Part shown: piece by piece, positions 49,605 to 58,381 of the stretch | Layout: each line of letters begins with the position of its first letter | Position numbering within the stretch: position 1 is the stretch's first letter | Source: an uncultured Candidatus Babeliaceae bacterium | Lineage (GTDB): Bacteria; Babelota; Babeliae; Babelales; Babelaceae | Assembly: GCA_963704655.1 (NCBI GenBank) | Contig: OY969927.1 | Location: 1-64,000, forward strand | DNA length: 64,000 nucleotides | Direction of reading: 5' to 3' | The notes under the pieces: generated by a model | Seen by the model: the letters and a program-made list of their open reading frames with translations, nothing else | Told to the model about the DNA's origin: nothing | The model's database searches: none | Made by a program: the position numbers and the translations under genes

Positions 49605-50840
49605 TCAATCAACATCTAATTCAGGCACTTCAGGTGTAGCTTGAGGCTTTAACATCTGTTGTCTAATACCCTGTATAGATTGCAATTGCTTAGATAGTTT
49701 CCAAAGAGCATCCGTTGCTTGCGCGATAATAGTTGCATCAACAGGATTTCCTTTTTGCTGCTGCTCTTGTGCTTCTTTAAGAATTTCGCGATAAAGCATT
49801 TCTGCGGTCTTTTTGTTTTTAAGTTTAATATTATTGTTATTAGCCATGTTTGCCAATGCAAGTTTTGATTTAAAATAGTAGGCATCAAACCATTGAAGGC
49901 GAATAATTTCATTATATAATCTTGCAGCTTCTTTAAAATCAGGCTTTTTGTTCGGTTGGCCAAGCCCCATGCGTGCCATTTCAGCTAAATTAAATCGTGC
50001 AAAATCTAAACTTTCGTATTTTTTATTAAATAAATCACGGTCTTTGATTTGTAGCGCTTCTGAGACAATTTCATTACAGAGTTTTATTGCCTCTGGATAA
50101 TTTGGCTGGTTATTTGGTTGTCCCCATCCATGCATGAGCATAATAACCAGCTGCATTTTGGCAGGACTTATTACTTCCCATATTATTGTATCATGCGCAA
50201 TTTCATGATAAAGTTTAAAAATTTCAGCACTATGTTCGCCATAATCTTTTTTGCTTTCTGGGTTTAAAAATTTTATGAGTTCTAACCTTTTTATATTTAT
50301 TTGATTACGTATCTCTTCTGTTTGTTGTGCTTGAGGTAGGCTTTCTAGTCGCTCAATTTCCTTTTTTGTTAATCCAATAAGATCTATTGTTTTATAGATA
50401 CGAGTAAATTCATCTTTGATTTGCTCTTGGTTAATAGTTTTTACAAAATCAAATGGGAACTCTTTGTCGGCAGACTGGGGATTATATCTATATAAAAAAA
50501 TCTTGTCTATTATTTGCCGTGTTAAAGGGCTTTCAATTTTATTATTTGTAATAAAAACATTTGCAAGTCCAGGGGCATCAAAAAAATGAAATTGGTTCTT
50601 TTCTAAAGGTATAACAGCCAAGAAGAATTGCTTTTTTTCATTTTGGGCTGTATTTGCAATCTCTTTAAAACTTTCAAGATTTAATGAGTCAATTTGATCC
50701 ATGCCGTCCAAAGCAATGAAGCTTTTTTTAATGTTGTCTTTAATTTCTTGCGTAGGTTCAGCCATGCCCGATAGTGGCATTGAAGACATTCCCCACATTA
50801 TAGCAAAAAGTATGGTAAGAAGATTTTTTCCGTTTTTCAT
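49605..50840 (-). CDS. Secreted protein, U-box-like N-domain plus SEL1-like repeats
   Basis: Signal peptide LSG-MAE; DSLNLE...HFFD...SPLTRQ; L..M...G.GQPN..P++.EA..L..EI repeats. Confidence 0.72.
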   Translation of the reverse strand: MKNGKNLLTILFAIMWGMSSMPLSGMAEPTQEIKDNIKKSFIALDGMDQIDSLNLESFKEIANTAQNEKKQFFLAVIPLEKNQFHFFDAPGLANVFITNNKIESPLTRQIIDKIFLYRYNPQSADKEFPFDFVKTINQEQIKDEFTRIYKTIDLIGLTKKEIERLESLPQAQQTEEIRNQINIKRLELIKFLNPESKKDYGEHSAEIFKLYHEIAHDTIIWEVISPAKMQLVIMLMHGWGQPNNQPNYPEAIKLCNEIVSEALQIKDRDLFNKKYESLDFARFNLAEMARMGLGQPNKKPDFKEAARLYNEIIRLQWFDAYYFKSKLALANMANNNNIKLKNKKTAEMLYREILKEAQEQQQKGNPVDATIIAQATDALWKLSKQLQSIQGIRQQMLKPQATPEVPELDVD

Positions 50841-50999
50841 TAATTACCCCTTTGATATTAATTACCCCTTTGATAAAGTTTCTATCTATATATAAGTATA
50901 AATAGCATAAGTTTAATTTGTAAACATATTGCATATTTGTATTTTGATGTGATACCATAAATATATGGAAATAATTTTTAAAATTCTAGGGGGAGTAAG

Positions 51000-51428
51000 A
51001 TGAAAAAAATTCTTTTTTGTGCAAGTTTGCTCATTATAAGCTCTATTTTTGCCGATGAACCAAGTAAAGCGTCTGATATAGCCGTTGAAACTCCGGTTGC
51101 GCCAAAGCCTATGCCGCCATTAATGATACCAGAGCCAACAGTGGTTGGTTCACGTTCCCCGGCGCAAATGGTTGGGATACAAAAGAGAGAAGAACCGCAA
51201 TATAAGCCAATGCCGCCTTTAGCATTTCCTGTAAATGTGGGAGATGAGGATGTTATAACTGATTTTGGATCAATGCCTACTGTGCCGGCTAAACACCCAG
51301 AGATTCCTCAGAATGTAAAGTCTACCGCGCCTCAAAAAATTTCTTATGTAAGAAAAGCGCCACGCATAGCATTACCAAGCAAAACGCCAGAAGAAATTAA
51401 AAAACAAGATGTTGTTTCTGTTGGATAA
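51000..51428 (+). CDS. Secreted Pro-rich low-complexity protein
   Basis: Signal peptide; KPMPPL occurs twice. Confidence 0.75.
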   Translation: MKKILFCASLLIISSIFADEPSKASDIAVETPVAPKPMPPLMIPEPTVVGSRSPAQMVGIQKREEPQYKPMPPLAFPVNVGDEDVITDFGSMPTVPAKHPEIPQNVKSTAPQKISYVRKAPRIALPSKTPEEIKKQDVVSVG

Positions 51429-51485
51429 AGATAGAGACCAGTACACGGCTGGCCTTCCATCTGTGGCTCCGAAAGGAGCGAAAGA

Positions 51486-51577
51486 TGGAGGAGAGAGTGG
51501 GATTCGAACCCACGATCCCGATCACTCGGGATAACGGTTTTCAAGACCGCCGCTTTCGACCGCTCAGCCATCTCTCC
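51486..51577 (-). tRNA. tRNA-Ser(TGA)
   Basis: GGAGAGATGGCTGAGCGGTCGAAAGCGGCGGTC-T-TGA-AAACCG..., long variable arm, GTTCGAATC, encoded CCA. Confidence 0.97.
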
Positions 51578-51652
51578 GCTGGATCGTAAAGTATTATTCT
51601 ATTTTAAGGCTTTTGATATAAAAATCAATAGAATAATAAGCTATTTTTGCGC

Positions 51653-52051
51653 TTAAAGAACTTTATTGAGCTCGTGAATTGATTTGCCAAGCTGTTTATA
51701 GGCCAAAATTCCGGCAAATAGGGCAAATGTCCCTGCGATAATCTCGCGCCAGAAGACTCTAGGTACCTTGCTGAGCATTTGATTAACCGCCCAAAAGTGC
51801 TTTTCTGCAGGCGTCATGATAAATTCATACTCTAGGTTTTCTAATTCGAGCAAATAGTGTAAATACTCTTTTTTAAGTTCATAATAGCCATGGCCACAAT
51901 CGAGTAACGTTTCGCCGGCGCTATAGACTGCAACAGCAAGTAATGCTGAACCAATGGCGCCGTTTACTACCCCATTTTTTAGGTGATTATAAGAGACAGG
52001 GTGGGTATTTAAAGATACGCACGCTACAAGAGTTAAAACAATTTTTTTCAT
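51653..52051 (-). CDS. Exported membrane protein
   Basis: Signal peptide plus two hydrophobic segments. Confidence 0.7.
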   Translation of the reverse strand: MKKIVLTLVACVSLNTHPVSYNHLKNGVVNGAIGSALLAVAVYSAGETLLDCGHGYYELKKEYLHYLLELENLEYEFIMTPAEKHFWAVNQMLSKVPRVFWREIIAGTFALFAGILAYKQLGKSIHELNKVL

Positions 52052-52689
52052 TAATTTCGACCTCCTAATAAAGCTCGAATTTTAGGGTTTTGAGTTAGAT
52101 CTGAGGCTCTTCTGCCCCCGCCATCTCGAATTTCTGGGTCTATACCTGTTTCTAAAAGCAATTGTATAGTAATACGTGTTAGATTTTCATTTAGTGCTGC
52201 GGCATGAAGAAGGGTCCTGAGAGTTACTTGATTGCGAGCATTCTTAATAACGGCGTTAGGGAAATAGCTTATAAGTGCACGGGCTGGGGCGTCTTGAACT
52301 AAGTTGAAAAAATTTATAAGAAGATGCGCTGTTTCGTGAATATCTGTAAATCCTGAGTGTAAAATCAGTGCCTCTTCTAAGTTTATAGTGTCTATAGAAC
52401 CCGCAACATCACGATGAATTCCATTGGCTATATCAGCAGAAGTAAATCCAAATTGATAGTCCCAGGTTTGGGTAGGTTTTTCTAAGCCCCTTCTATAAGT
52501 GGGTTCAGAATTTGTGCCCTGAACAACAGTTAAATATTCTATAACTTTCACAAGACCTCTTGAGTGTTTAGAAATTGCATCTTCTGCAGCAGAAATTGAT
52601 AATGATATTAATGAAATTGTAAGACAAAGAAGATTTATTTTTTGCATAAGCGATTCCTTAAAGATACTTAAAGAGCTTTTATAAGCCAT
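52051..52689 (-). CDS. Secreted ankyrin-repeat protein
   Basis: TLLHAAA...LLLETGIDPEIRDGGGRRASDL; probable start at MQKINL. Confidence 0.75.
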   Translation of the reverse strand: MAYKSSLSIFKESLMQKINLLCLTISLISLSISAAEDAISKHSRGLVKVIEYLTVVQGTNSEPTYRRGLEKPTQTWDYQFGFTSADIANGIHRDVAGSIDTINLEEALILHSGFTDIHETAHLLINFFNLVQDAPARALISYFPNAVIKNARNQVTLRTLLHAAALNENLTRITIQLLLETGIDPEIRDGGGRRASDLTQNPKIRALLGGRN

Positions 52690-52807
52690 TATAGAATAAT
52701 ATTTTTTGGTGAAATGATAAAGGAAGTTATAGAGAGATATCTTGTTAGGCTAAGAGAGGCCCGCCATCTGAAGTTTGCCGAGCGGGTACGCCCGGATAAA
52801 CGCAAGA

Positions 52808-52884
52808 TGGTGCGCCCAGAAGGAGTCGAACCCTCAACCTTCAGATCCGTAGTCTGACGCTCTGTCCAATTGAGCTATGGGCGC
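52808..52884 (-). tRNA. tRNA-Arg(ACG)
   Basis: GCGCCCATAGCTCAATTGGACAGAGCG-TCAGA-CT-ACG-GA-TCTGA...GTTCGACTC...CCA. Confidence 0.97.
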
Positions 52885-52950
52885 ATGATATTTAGAATAT
52901 ACATTTTATAAAAAATGTCTTTATTTTCAAAGTTATAAGCGAAATTTACT

Positions 52951-52992
52951 CCCTCGATACGTTCACTTACGTGAACACTCAGGGTGAGCGGG
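52951..52992. repeat. Palindromic element (long variant, reverse orientation)
   Basis: CCCTCGATACGTTCACTTACGTGAACACTCAGGGTGAGCGGG. Confidence 0.85.
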
Positions 52993-53080
52993 ATGGACTG
53001 GCCGAGTCAGGCATCTCTTTCAGGAAGGATGGCCTGCCATCTGAAGCTTGCCAAGCCAGTAGACGTGGATAAGCGAAAGA

Positions 53081-53171
53081 TGGTGGAGAGAGAGGGATTC
53101 GAACCCTCGCGCCCCGTTACCGGAGCTCTTGCTTAGCAGGCAAGCGCTTTAGACCGCTCAGCCATCTCTCC
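53081..53171 (-). tRNA. tRNA-Ser(GCT)
   Basis: GGAGAGATGG...CTTGC-CT-GCT-AA-GCAAG, long variable arm, encoded CCA. Confidence 0.97.
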
Positions 53172-53272
53172 TAACTGTATCAAAGATAATGAGTTATACT
53201 CATCATCGCAAAATAATTGTACAGTATTTTTTGGATTGAGTATATTCAAAAGCATAAAGATTTTAAGATTTT

Positions 53273-53575
53273 ATGCAAGTTGTTTTTATGTCAATTATTC
53301 TTGATATTAAGGTTATCCCACGCGCACGTAAGCAGTTATTGAAGGCCGATACTGTTTATGCTTTGCGTTGTTACGTGAATAGTCCTCCAGAAGACAATAA
53401 AGCAAATCAGGAGGTTATTGAGTGTCTTGCCAAGGCTCTTAAGGTCTCAAAAAGCTCGATAACTATTATAGCTGGCGCTACTGCGCGTATTAAGCGTGTT
53501 GCTATAGAAGGTTTTGATTCTAAAGAGGCTATCTATAAGAAATTGAATCTAGAGGTACAACATGCCCTATTTTAA
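53273..53575 (+). CDS. DUF167/YggU family protein
   Basis: V.P.A, PPED.KAN, LA..L.V.KS.I.I..G.TAR.K motifs. Confidence 0.88.
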   Translation: MQVVFMSIILDIKVIPRARKQLLKADTVYALRCYVNSPPEDNKANQEVIECLAKALKVSKSSITIIAGATARIKRVAIEGFDSKEAIYKKLNLEVQHALF

Positions 53576-54755
53576 ATGGTTCGGGTATGATGCCCAGCAG
53601 AACCCGCATATGGGCAATATCGCCTGTGCACAGCACATTGATGTAGTTATGCTTCTGCAAGAGCGCGGTATCACAGCTATGCATGTGAGTGAGATTCGGT
53701 ATAGGCTTTTTAAGCCCTGTACCTTTTCTGAGCGCCAAGCTGTTCTACACGAATTGAGCCAATTGCTTGATGCCCAGGTGCGTCTTTCTCAGGCGCTGGA
53801 GATTATAAGTTCATTAGTAAAAAAAGAGTATATTCGACAGGTCCTGCTTGATTGCACACGTTCTGTTGATCAGGGAAAGTCATTTGCGGATGTTGCAGAG
53901 CGTTACCCAGAGATTTTTGATCCATTAACGATTTACGCGCTTAAAGCGGGGCATGATTCTGGGCTTTTGGCCAATGCATGTTCTGACCGTTCTAAGCAAC
54001 TAACGCAAATTGCTGAAATACGTGCAAAAATAACTGCTGTCATTGCTATGCCTTTAATAACCGCTATATTTTTTATAGGGATACTTATATTTTTAATGGC
54101 CGTAATTTTGCCGCAGTTTAAAAGAATATTTACGATGCTCAAAACAGCACTTCCTGCAAGTACTCAGTTTTTGTTCAAGCTTTCAGATGCTCTTACTTTT
54201 TCTACTATAGTAATTGCAGGGTCTTCTTTTTTTATGTGCACGCTCCTTTGTGTAGCTCTGGGTAAAACTAGAATTGGCAGAAAAATTTATGATAATTTTT
54301 TATTATATTTTCCTGGAGTAAGCTTCATTTATCAAGATTTCGCTCGTGCGCAGTGCCTGCAATCACTTGCTCTTTTGCTGCGGTCTGGCAGAACACTTGC
54401 TGATGCATTGGGGCATGTGGCAGAAAGTTTTAATAATAGTGTTGTTTGCGAGCAGCTGACGCATGTTCGCCAACAGGTGCAGACGGGTAAGCCCTTTACG
54501 CATGCTATACAGGCATGTCCGCTACTTGCTATTCCTGAAATTAAAAACTGTCTTGCCATTGCGCATGAAACAGCTGAGCTTGAGGTGATTTTGCAGCAGT
54601 TGAGTATTGTTTCACGTACTCGAGCTTTAAAAAAGCTTGATCGTTTAACGCTCTTAATTCAGCCCGCGTTACTTATACTTTTGGGTGCTGCTATTGGAGG
54701 TGTGCTTTTGGCGCTTTACTTACCATTGTTACAAATACCGCAGATGGTATCATAA
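53562..54755 (+). CDS. Type II secretion system F / PilC family platform protein
   Basis: Two T2SSF repeats (L..LL......QAL; G.SG.L) and C-terminal QP.L...LG...LYLPL. Confidence 0.85.
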   Translation: MPYFKWFGYDAQQNPHMGNIACAQHIDVVMLLQERGITAMHVSEIRYRLFKPCTFSERQAVLHELSQLLDAQVRLSQALEIISSLVKKEYIRQVLLDCTRSVDQGKSFADVAERYPEIFDPLTIYALKAGHDSGLLANACSDRSKQLTQIAEIRAKITAVIAMPLITAIFFIGILIFLMAVILPQFKRIFTMLKTALPASTQFLFKLSDALTFSTIVIAGSSFFMCTLLCVALGKTRIGRKIYDNFLLYFPGVSFIYQDFARAQCLQSLALLLRSGRTLADALGHVAESFNNSVVCEQLTHVRQQVQTGKPFTHAIQACPLLAIPEIKNCLAIAHETAELEVILQQLSIVSRTRALKKLDRLTLLIQPALLILLGAAIGGVLLALYLPLLQIPQMVS

Positions 54756-54811
54756 AATACGAAAAAAAACTGTTCAAAATTATCGATTTTGGTATACTAT
54801 AAAGACATTTC

Positions 54812-54901
54812 TTAATAAGCCGGAGTGGCCCTTCGACTGGCGCTCAGGATGAACTTCACCACTTAAGGTGAAGAAAGTTTATATTAATAAGCCGGAGTGG
54901 C
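54812..54901 (+). repeat. 18-bp direct repeat (tRNA leader and 5' end) flanking a palindromic element
   Basis: TTAATAAGCCGGAGTGGC at 54812-54829 and 54884-54901; CCCTTCGACTGGCGCTCAGGATGA between. Confidence 0.85.
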
Positions 54902-54976
54902 GAAATGGTAGACGCACGGGACTCAAAATCCCGCGGTGGCAACACTGTGTCGGTTCGAGTCCGACCTCCGGCACCA
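54891..54976 (+). tRNA. tRNA-Leu(CAA)
   Basis: GCCGGAGTGGCGAAATGGTAGACGCA-CGGGA-CT-CAA-AA-TCCCG...GTTCGAGTC...CCA. Confidence 0.97.
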
Positions 54977-55054
54977 TCCTGCGCTCCAGTGGCAAGCCCG
55001 CCATAGCCTTGGCGACGGCTGTGAGCTCCGGATGGCAGGCCAGTCTTTAATAAT

Positions 55055-55939
55055 TTATTTTAATTTTTCTTGTAAAAACTTTGGCAATACAAAACTTGCA
55101 GCATGTATCTCTGCCGTATAATAGTGCAAATTTTGTGGTACGGCTCGATTATGGGTGAATGCTGTAACGTGTGGATATTTTTTTGCGCAATAAGTAAAGC
55201 CAATAACACCGCTTGGATATGTTGGCACTAAAGCGTAATAATATGCTGCGTGAGTAAAAAGCTCTTTATTGCGAGTGTGCCATTCTTTGATAAGATCGGT
55301 ATGAAAAAAGGGGGATTCTGCTTGGGCAACAATAATGCCATCATCAGTAAGCGCGTCATATAAGTCTTGATAAAATTCGCGTGAATATAATACGCATGCA
55401 GGCCCTTCTGGGTCAGAGGCGTCAACAAGTATAACATCAAAATAGTCGGTAAAGTTTTTAATAAATTCTGCACCATCACGAATAATCACGGTAACACGTG
55501 GGTCAGAAAAGCTTTCGGCAAATTCAGGGAAGTACTTTTGTGATAATTTCACTACATACTCATCGATATCACACAGCACTATTTCTGTGATATTAGAATG
55601 TTTAAGAACCTCAGTAAGTGCGCCACCATCACCACCGCCAATAATAAGTACCCGTTTTGGGTTTGGATGTGTCATCAGCGGCACATGGGCTATCATTTCA
55701 TGGTAGGCAGAATTATCCCATTGCGTAAGTTGAATCGCGTCATCAAGAACAAGCATGGTGCCGCACTGGGCTGTTTGATAAATATCAAGTTTTTCAAAGG
55801 GCGATTGTATTGATTCAACATGGCCCGTTATCTCTACGCCTATTTTAACTGGGTAGCTATTGTTTTGTTCAAAAAAGAATTTTTTTTCTTGAATCGCTGA
55901 AAGTTCAGAGAATATACAGCTTAGCGCTATTAAAAACAT
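55055..55939 (-). CDS. speE: Polyamine aminopropyltransferase (spermidine synthase)
   Basis: YHEMIAH, VLIIGGGDGG, FDVILVDASDP and PTYPSG motifs. Confidence 0.93.
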   Translation of the reverse strand: MFLIALSCIFSELSAIQEKKFFFEQNNSYPVKIGVEITGHVESIQSPFEKLDIYQTAQCGTMLVLDDAIQLTQWDNSAYHEMIAHVPLMTHPNPKRVLIIGGGDGGALTEVLKHSNITEIVLCDIDEYVVKLSQKYFPEFAESFSDPRVTVIIRDGAEFIKNFTDYFDVILVDASDPEGPACVLYSREFYQDLYDALTDDGIIVAQAESPFFHTDLIKEWHTRNKELFTHAAYYYALVPTYPSGVIGFTYCAKKYPHVTAFTHNRAVPQNLHYYTAEIHAASFVLPKFLQEKLK

Positions 55940-56056
55940 GAGGTGCCCTTTTATGTGTTTAGATCATAAGATACGTAAGTGTAGTATAAATCTATACCGT
56001 TGTCATGGGTGATTTGGGTATACTGATATCAGGGAATATTTTTTTTAGGGGATGCT

Positions 56057-56962
56057 ATGAGTATAAAAAAAAATAATTATGGTACATGGTTAATGGTTGC
56101 AGCAAGTGTAATAATTGTTATTTCTTTTTCTAGCGCAATCTATATAGAAAAAATTTTTAGTAAGCGCATAAAGTATAAAAAAATTGATTTTATTCTTTCT
56201 GAACGAAAGAAAATGGTAGAAGAATATGGCGCACAAGCAATAACACTAACAACTGGTGATAACAAAAAAATTGCCGCTTTATATGTTAAACGGCCTGGCG
56301 CACAGAAGATTTTTCTGATTTGTCATGGTTTTAAGCATTCAAAAGAGTATATGGCAGGGTTTTTAGAACTTTTTCCTCAAGATAGTCTGTTTTTTATAGA
56401 CTTTAGAGGGCATGGTCAGAGTGAAGGTGACCGTGTATCTTTAGGGCTTAATGAGTATTTTGATGTGGTCAGCGCAGTTGATTATATTAAGAAAAACTTA
56501 TCCTCAACATTGCCACTTTTTGGTCTTGGTATTTCAATGGGTGGGTCTGCCGTATTACGTGCAGCAGCAGCCGGCACCCCTTTTGATGGCATTATCTCAG
56601 ATTCTGCGCCAAGCTCTTTTAAAGACACCATTATGTGTATTTTGCAAAAAACGCGAAACGTTCCATATCCTATTGGTTGGTTAGCCTTAACGTGGTATGA
56701 GCTTATTATGGAAAGATCATTATCAGGAAGCTGCTATAAAAATTACGCGCATTTAATCTCTTGCCCCGTTTTAATTATGCATGATGAGTTTGACCATCTT
56801 ATAGATTATCGACATGCCCAAAACCTTTTTGACTCTTTGGGTAGTAAGTGCAAACTCCTGTGGAATGTTACCGGAACGCGTCATGGTAAGATGTTTAAAC
56901 AGATCCCTAGCGAGTACAAAAAGATGATTGAGGGCTTTATTGATGCCTGTTCTGCAAGATGA
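56057..56962 (+). CDS. Membrane-anchored alpha/beta hydrolase
   Basis: CHGF, DFRGHGQSEG, GISMGG nucleophile elbow, later Asp and His. Confidence 0.9.
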   Translation: MSIKKNNYGTWLMVAASVIIVISFSSAIYIEKIFSKRIKYKKIDFILSERKKMVEEYGAQAITLTTGDNKKIAALYVKRPGAQKIFLICHGFKHSKEYMAGFLELFPQDSLFFIDFRGHGQSEGDRVSLGLNEYFDVVSAVDYIKKNLSSTLPLFGLGISMGGSAVLRAAAAGTPFDGIISDSAPSSFKDTIMCILQKTRNVPYPIGWLALTWYELIMERSLSGSCYKNYAHLISCPVLIMHDEFDHLIDYRHAQNLFDSLGSKCKLLWNVTGTRHGKMFKQIPSEYKKMIEGFIDACSAR

Positions 56963-57007
56963 TTGTGATTATTACGTAGTTTGATAAACTAAAATTGACT
57001 TCAATAT

Positions 57008-57061
57008 CCCGTGCACCCTGAGTGTTCTACAAGCATTAACGTAGTAGAATGTATCGAAGGG
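57008..57061. repeat. Palindromic element (long variant)
   Basis: CCCGTGCACCCTGAGTGTTCTAC...GTAGAATGTATCGAAGGG. Confidence 0.88.
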
Positions 57062-57108
57062 TGAAGAGTAGATTTAAGTGGGTTTGACTATGTTAGGATT
57101 ATCAATAT

Positions 57109-57441
57109 ATGGAATGCGTTTTTTGCAAAATTATTCATGGTGAAATGGCAACTAAAAAGATTGCTGAAAATGATACTCTTATCGTGATTCAGGATATTTT
57201 CCCTAAGGCGCCTATTCACTATCTCATTATTCCAAAAAAACATACACAGGATGTCCAAACCCTTGCGCAACAAGATTTGGGTGTTGCTACTGATATCTTT
57301 GCTATGGCGCAGCAGTTAAGTCAAACAGTTGAAGGCGCACATGACTTTAAATTGCATGTGAACAGCGGCAAAAATGCTGGGCAGATTGTTATGCATCTGC
57401 ATGTACATTTTACTGCAGGAAAACTGACCGGGATATTATAG
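57109..57441 (+). CDS. hinT: HIT family nucleotide-binding protein
   Basis: CVFCKI, DIFPKAP.H.LIIPK and GQ.V.HLHVH motifs. Confidence 0.92.
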   Translation: MECVFCKIIHGEMATKKIAENDTLIVIQDIFPKAPIHYLIIPKKHTQDVQTLAQQDLGVATDIFAMAQQLSQTVEGAHDFKLHVNSGKNAGQIVMHLHVHFTAGKLTGIL

Positions 57442-57446
57442 CCCGT

Positions 57447-57536
57447 GTCATCCCGGACTGGATCCGGGATCTTATACGTTAACAAAGAGACCCTAAAGAC
57501 CCGCTCAGGATAAACTCCGTCGAATCCATGCGGGCG
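57447..57536. repeat. Two palindromic elements upstream of tRNA-Leu(CAG)
   Basis: GTCATCCCGGACTGGATCCGGGATC and CCGCTCAGGATAAACTCCGTCGAATCCATGCGG (reverse of the 23325/23375 type). Confidence 0.75.
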
Positions 57537-57572
57537 CAGCAAGTTGGCGAAATAATAAAATTGATAAATGTA

Positions 57573-57659
57573 GCCGAGGTGGCGAAATTGGCAGACGCGC
57601 AGGTCTCAGAAGCCTGAGGTGGAAACACTGTGCCGGTTCGAGTCCGGTCCTCGGCACCA
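57573..57659 (+). tRNA. tRNA-Leu(CAG)
   Basis: GCCGAGGTGGCGAAATTGGCAGACGCG-CAGGT-CT-CAG-AA-GCCTG...GTTCGAGTC...CCA. Confidence 0.97.
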
Positions 57660-57772
57660 TCCTATTTTATCTGCATTTAACGAAAAAAAACTATCGCTTA
57701 TTTTTATATGGAATATTTAAAAAATAAACGATAGTTTTCAATAAATGACAATCATCTTTAAAAGATTACAAG

Positions 57773-58252
57773 TTATTGAGGTCTTGAAAAAATCTCTTCC
57801 TTTTTTTGTTCAAATGGTCGAGCATCGTAAAAGAGTTCATAGCCTATAATGAGATCATTCTTGAATGTCAGAAGAACGGCGCCTCGAACAATCCCGAAGG
57901 GTGTGGGGCAGTCCAAATCATAGGCTAACATTACTTGGTCCCCTGAACCACATGCTGCTCGTACGGTAAGAGTTTTAAAAATGGTCATAAACCCCTTGAC
58001 AGCTTTAAGGACAGATTCTTTTCCTGCCATCTCTGCCAATGGTCCGACAAAGTGAACCTGTGGATCTAGATATTTTTCTACCTCAACTAAATTTTTATTA
58101 CCTATTGCTTGATAATAAGCCTTTGCAGAAATTATATTTTTCTCTGTCATAGAAGAGACCTCATGCTTTTGGGTTTTTAAATTCATAGTTATAAGTAAAT
58201 ATAGGAATATGCATGACAATGTTATCATGATAAAAAGGTTAACGTATTTCAT
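57773..58252 (-). CDS. SnoaL/NTF2-like protein with N-terminal hydrophobic extension
   Basis: YY.A...K...V.F.GP..G..V...ELFYDARPF; GAGG RBS. Confidence 0.8.
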   Translation of the reverse strand: MKYVNLFIMITLSCIFLYLLITMNLKTQKHEVSSMTEKNIISAKAYYQAIGNKNLVEVEKYLDPQVHFVGPLAEMAGKESVLKAVKGFMTIFKTLTVRAACGSGDQVMLAYDLDCPTPFGIVRGAVLLTFKNDLIIGYELFYDARPFEQKKEEIFSRPQ

Positions 58253-58293
58253 AAATTTACCTCTAGCGTTTTAAGGTTTTTTCCTGTAATATA

Positions 58294-58349
58294 TTAATTA
58301 TAGTATTCTATATTGAATATATAATTAAATGTAGCATGCTATATCCAAT
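58294..58349. promoter_or_regulatory. Putative tandem TetR operators
   Basis: Two related imperfect palindromes TATAGTATTCTATA (58299) and TGTAGCATGCTATA (58330) between divergent genes. Confidence 0.55.
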
Positions 58350-58381
58350 GTGTCAAGTTTGCCAGAAGGGACGAAGTATTA

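Noticed and set aside
51344-51571. 75-aa minus-strand ORF
   Set aside because: Overlaps tRNA-Ser(TGA)
53562-54755. Complete type II secretion or type IV pilus locus
   Set aside because: Only the F/PilC component is here; no ATPase, secretin or pilins nearby
54868-55121. Two short plus-strand ORFs
   Set aside because: Overlap tRNA-Leu(CAA) and its trailer
51486-57659. Prophage or integrative element at the tRNA genes
   Set aside because: No integrase, phage genes or duplicated tRNA 3' ends found
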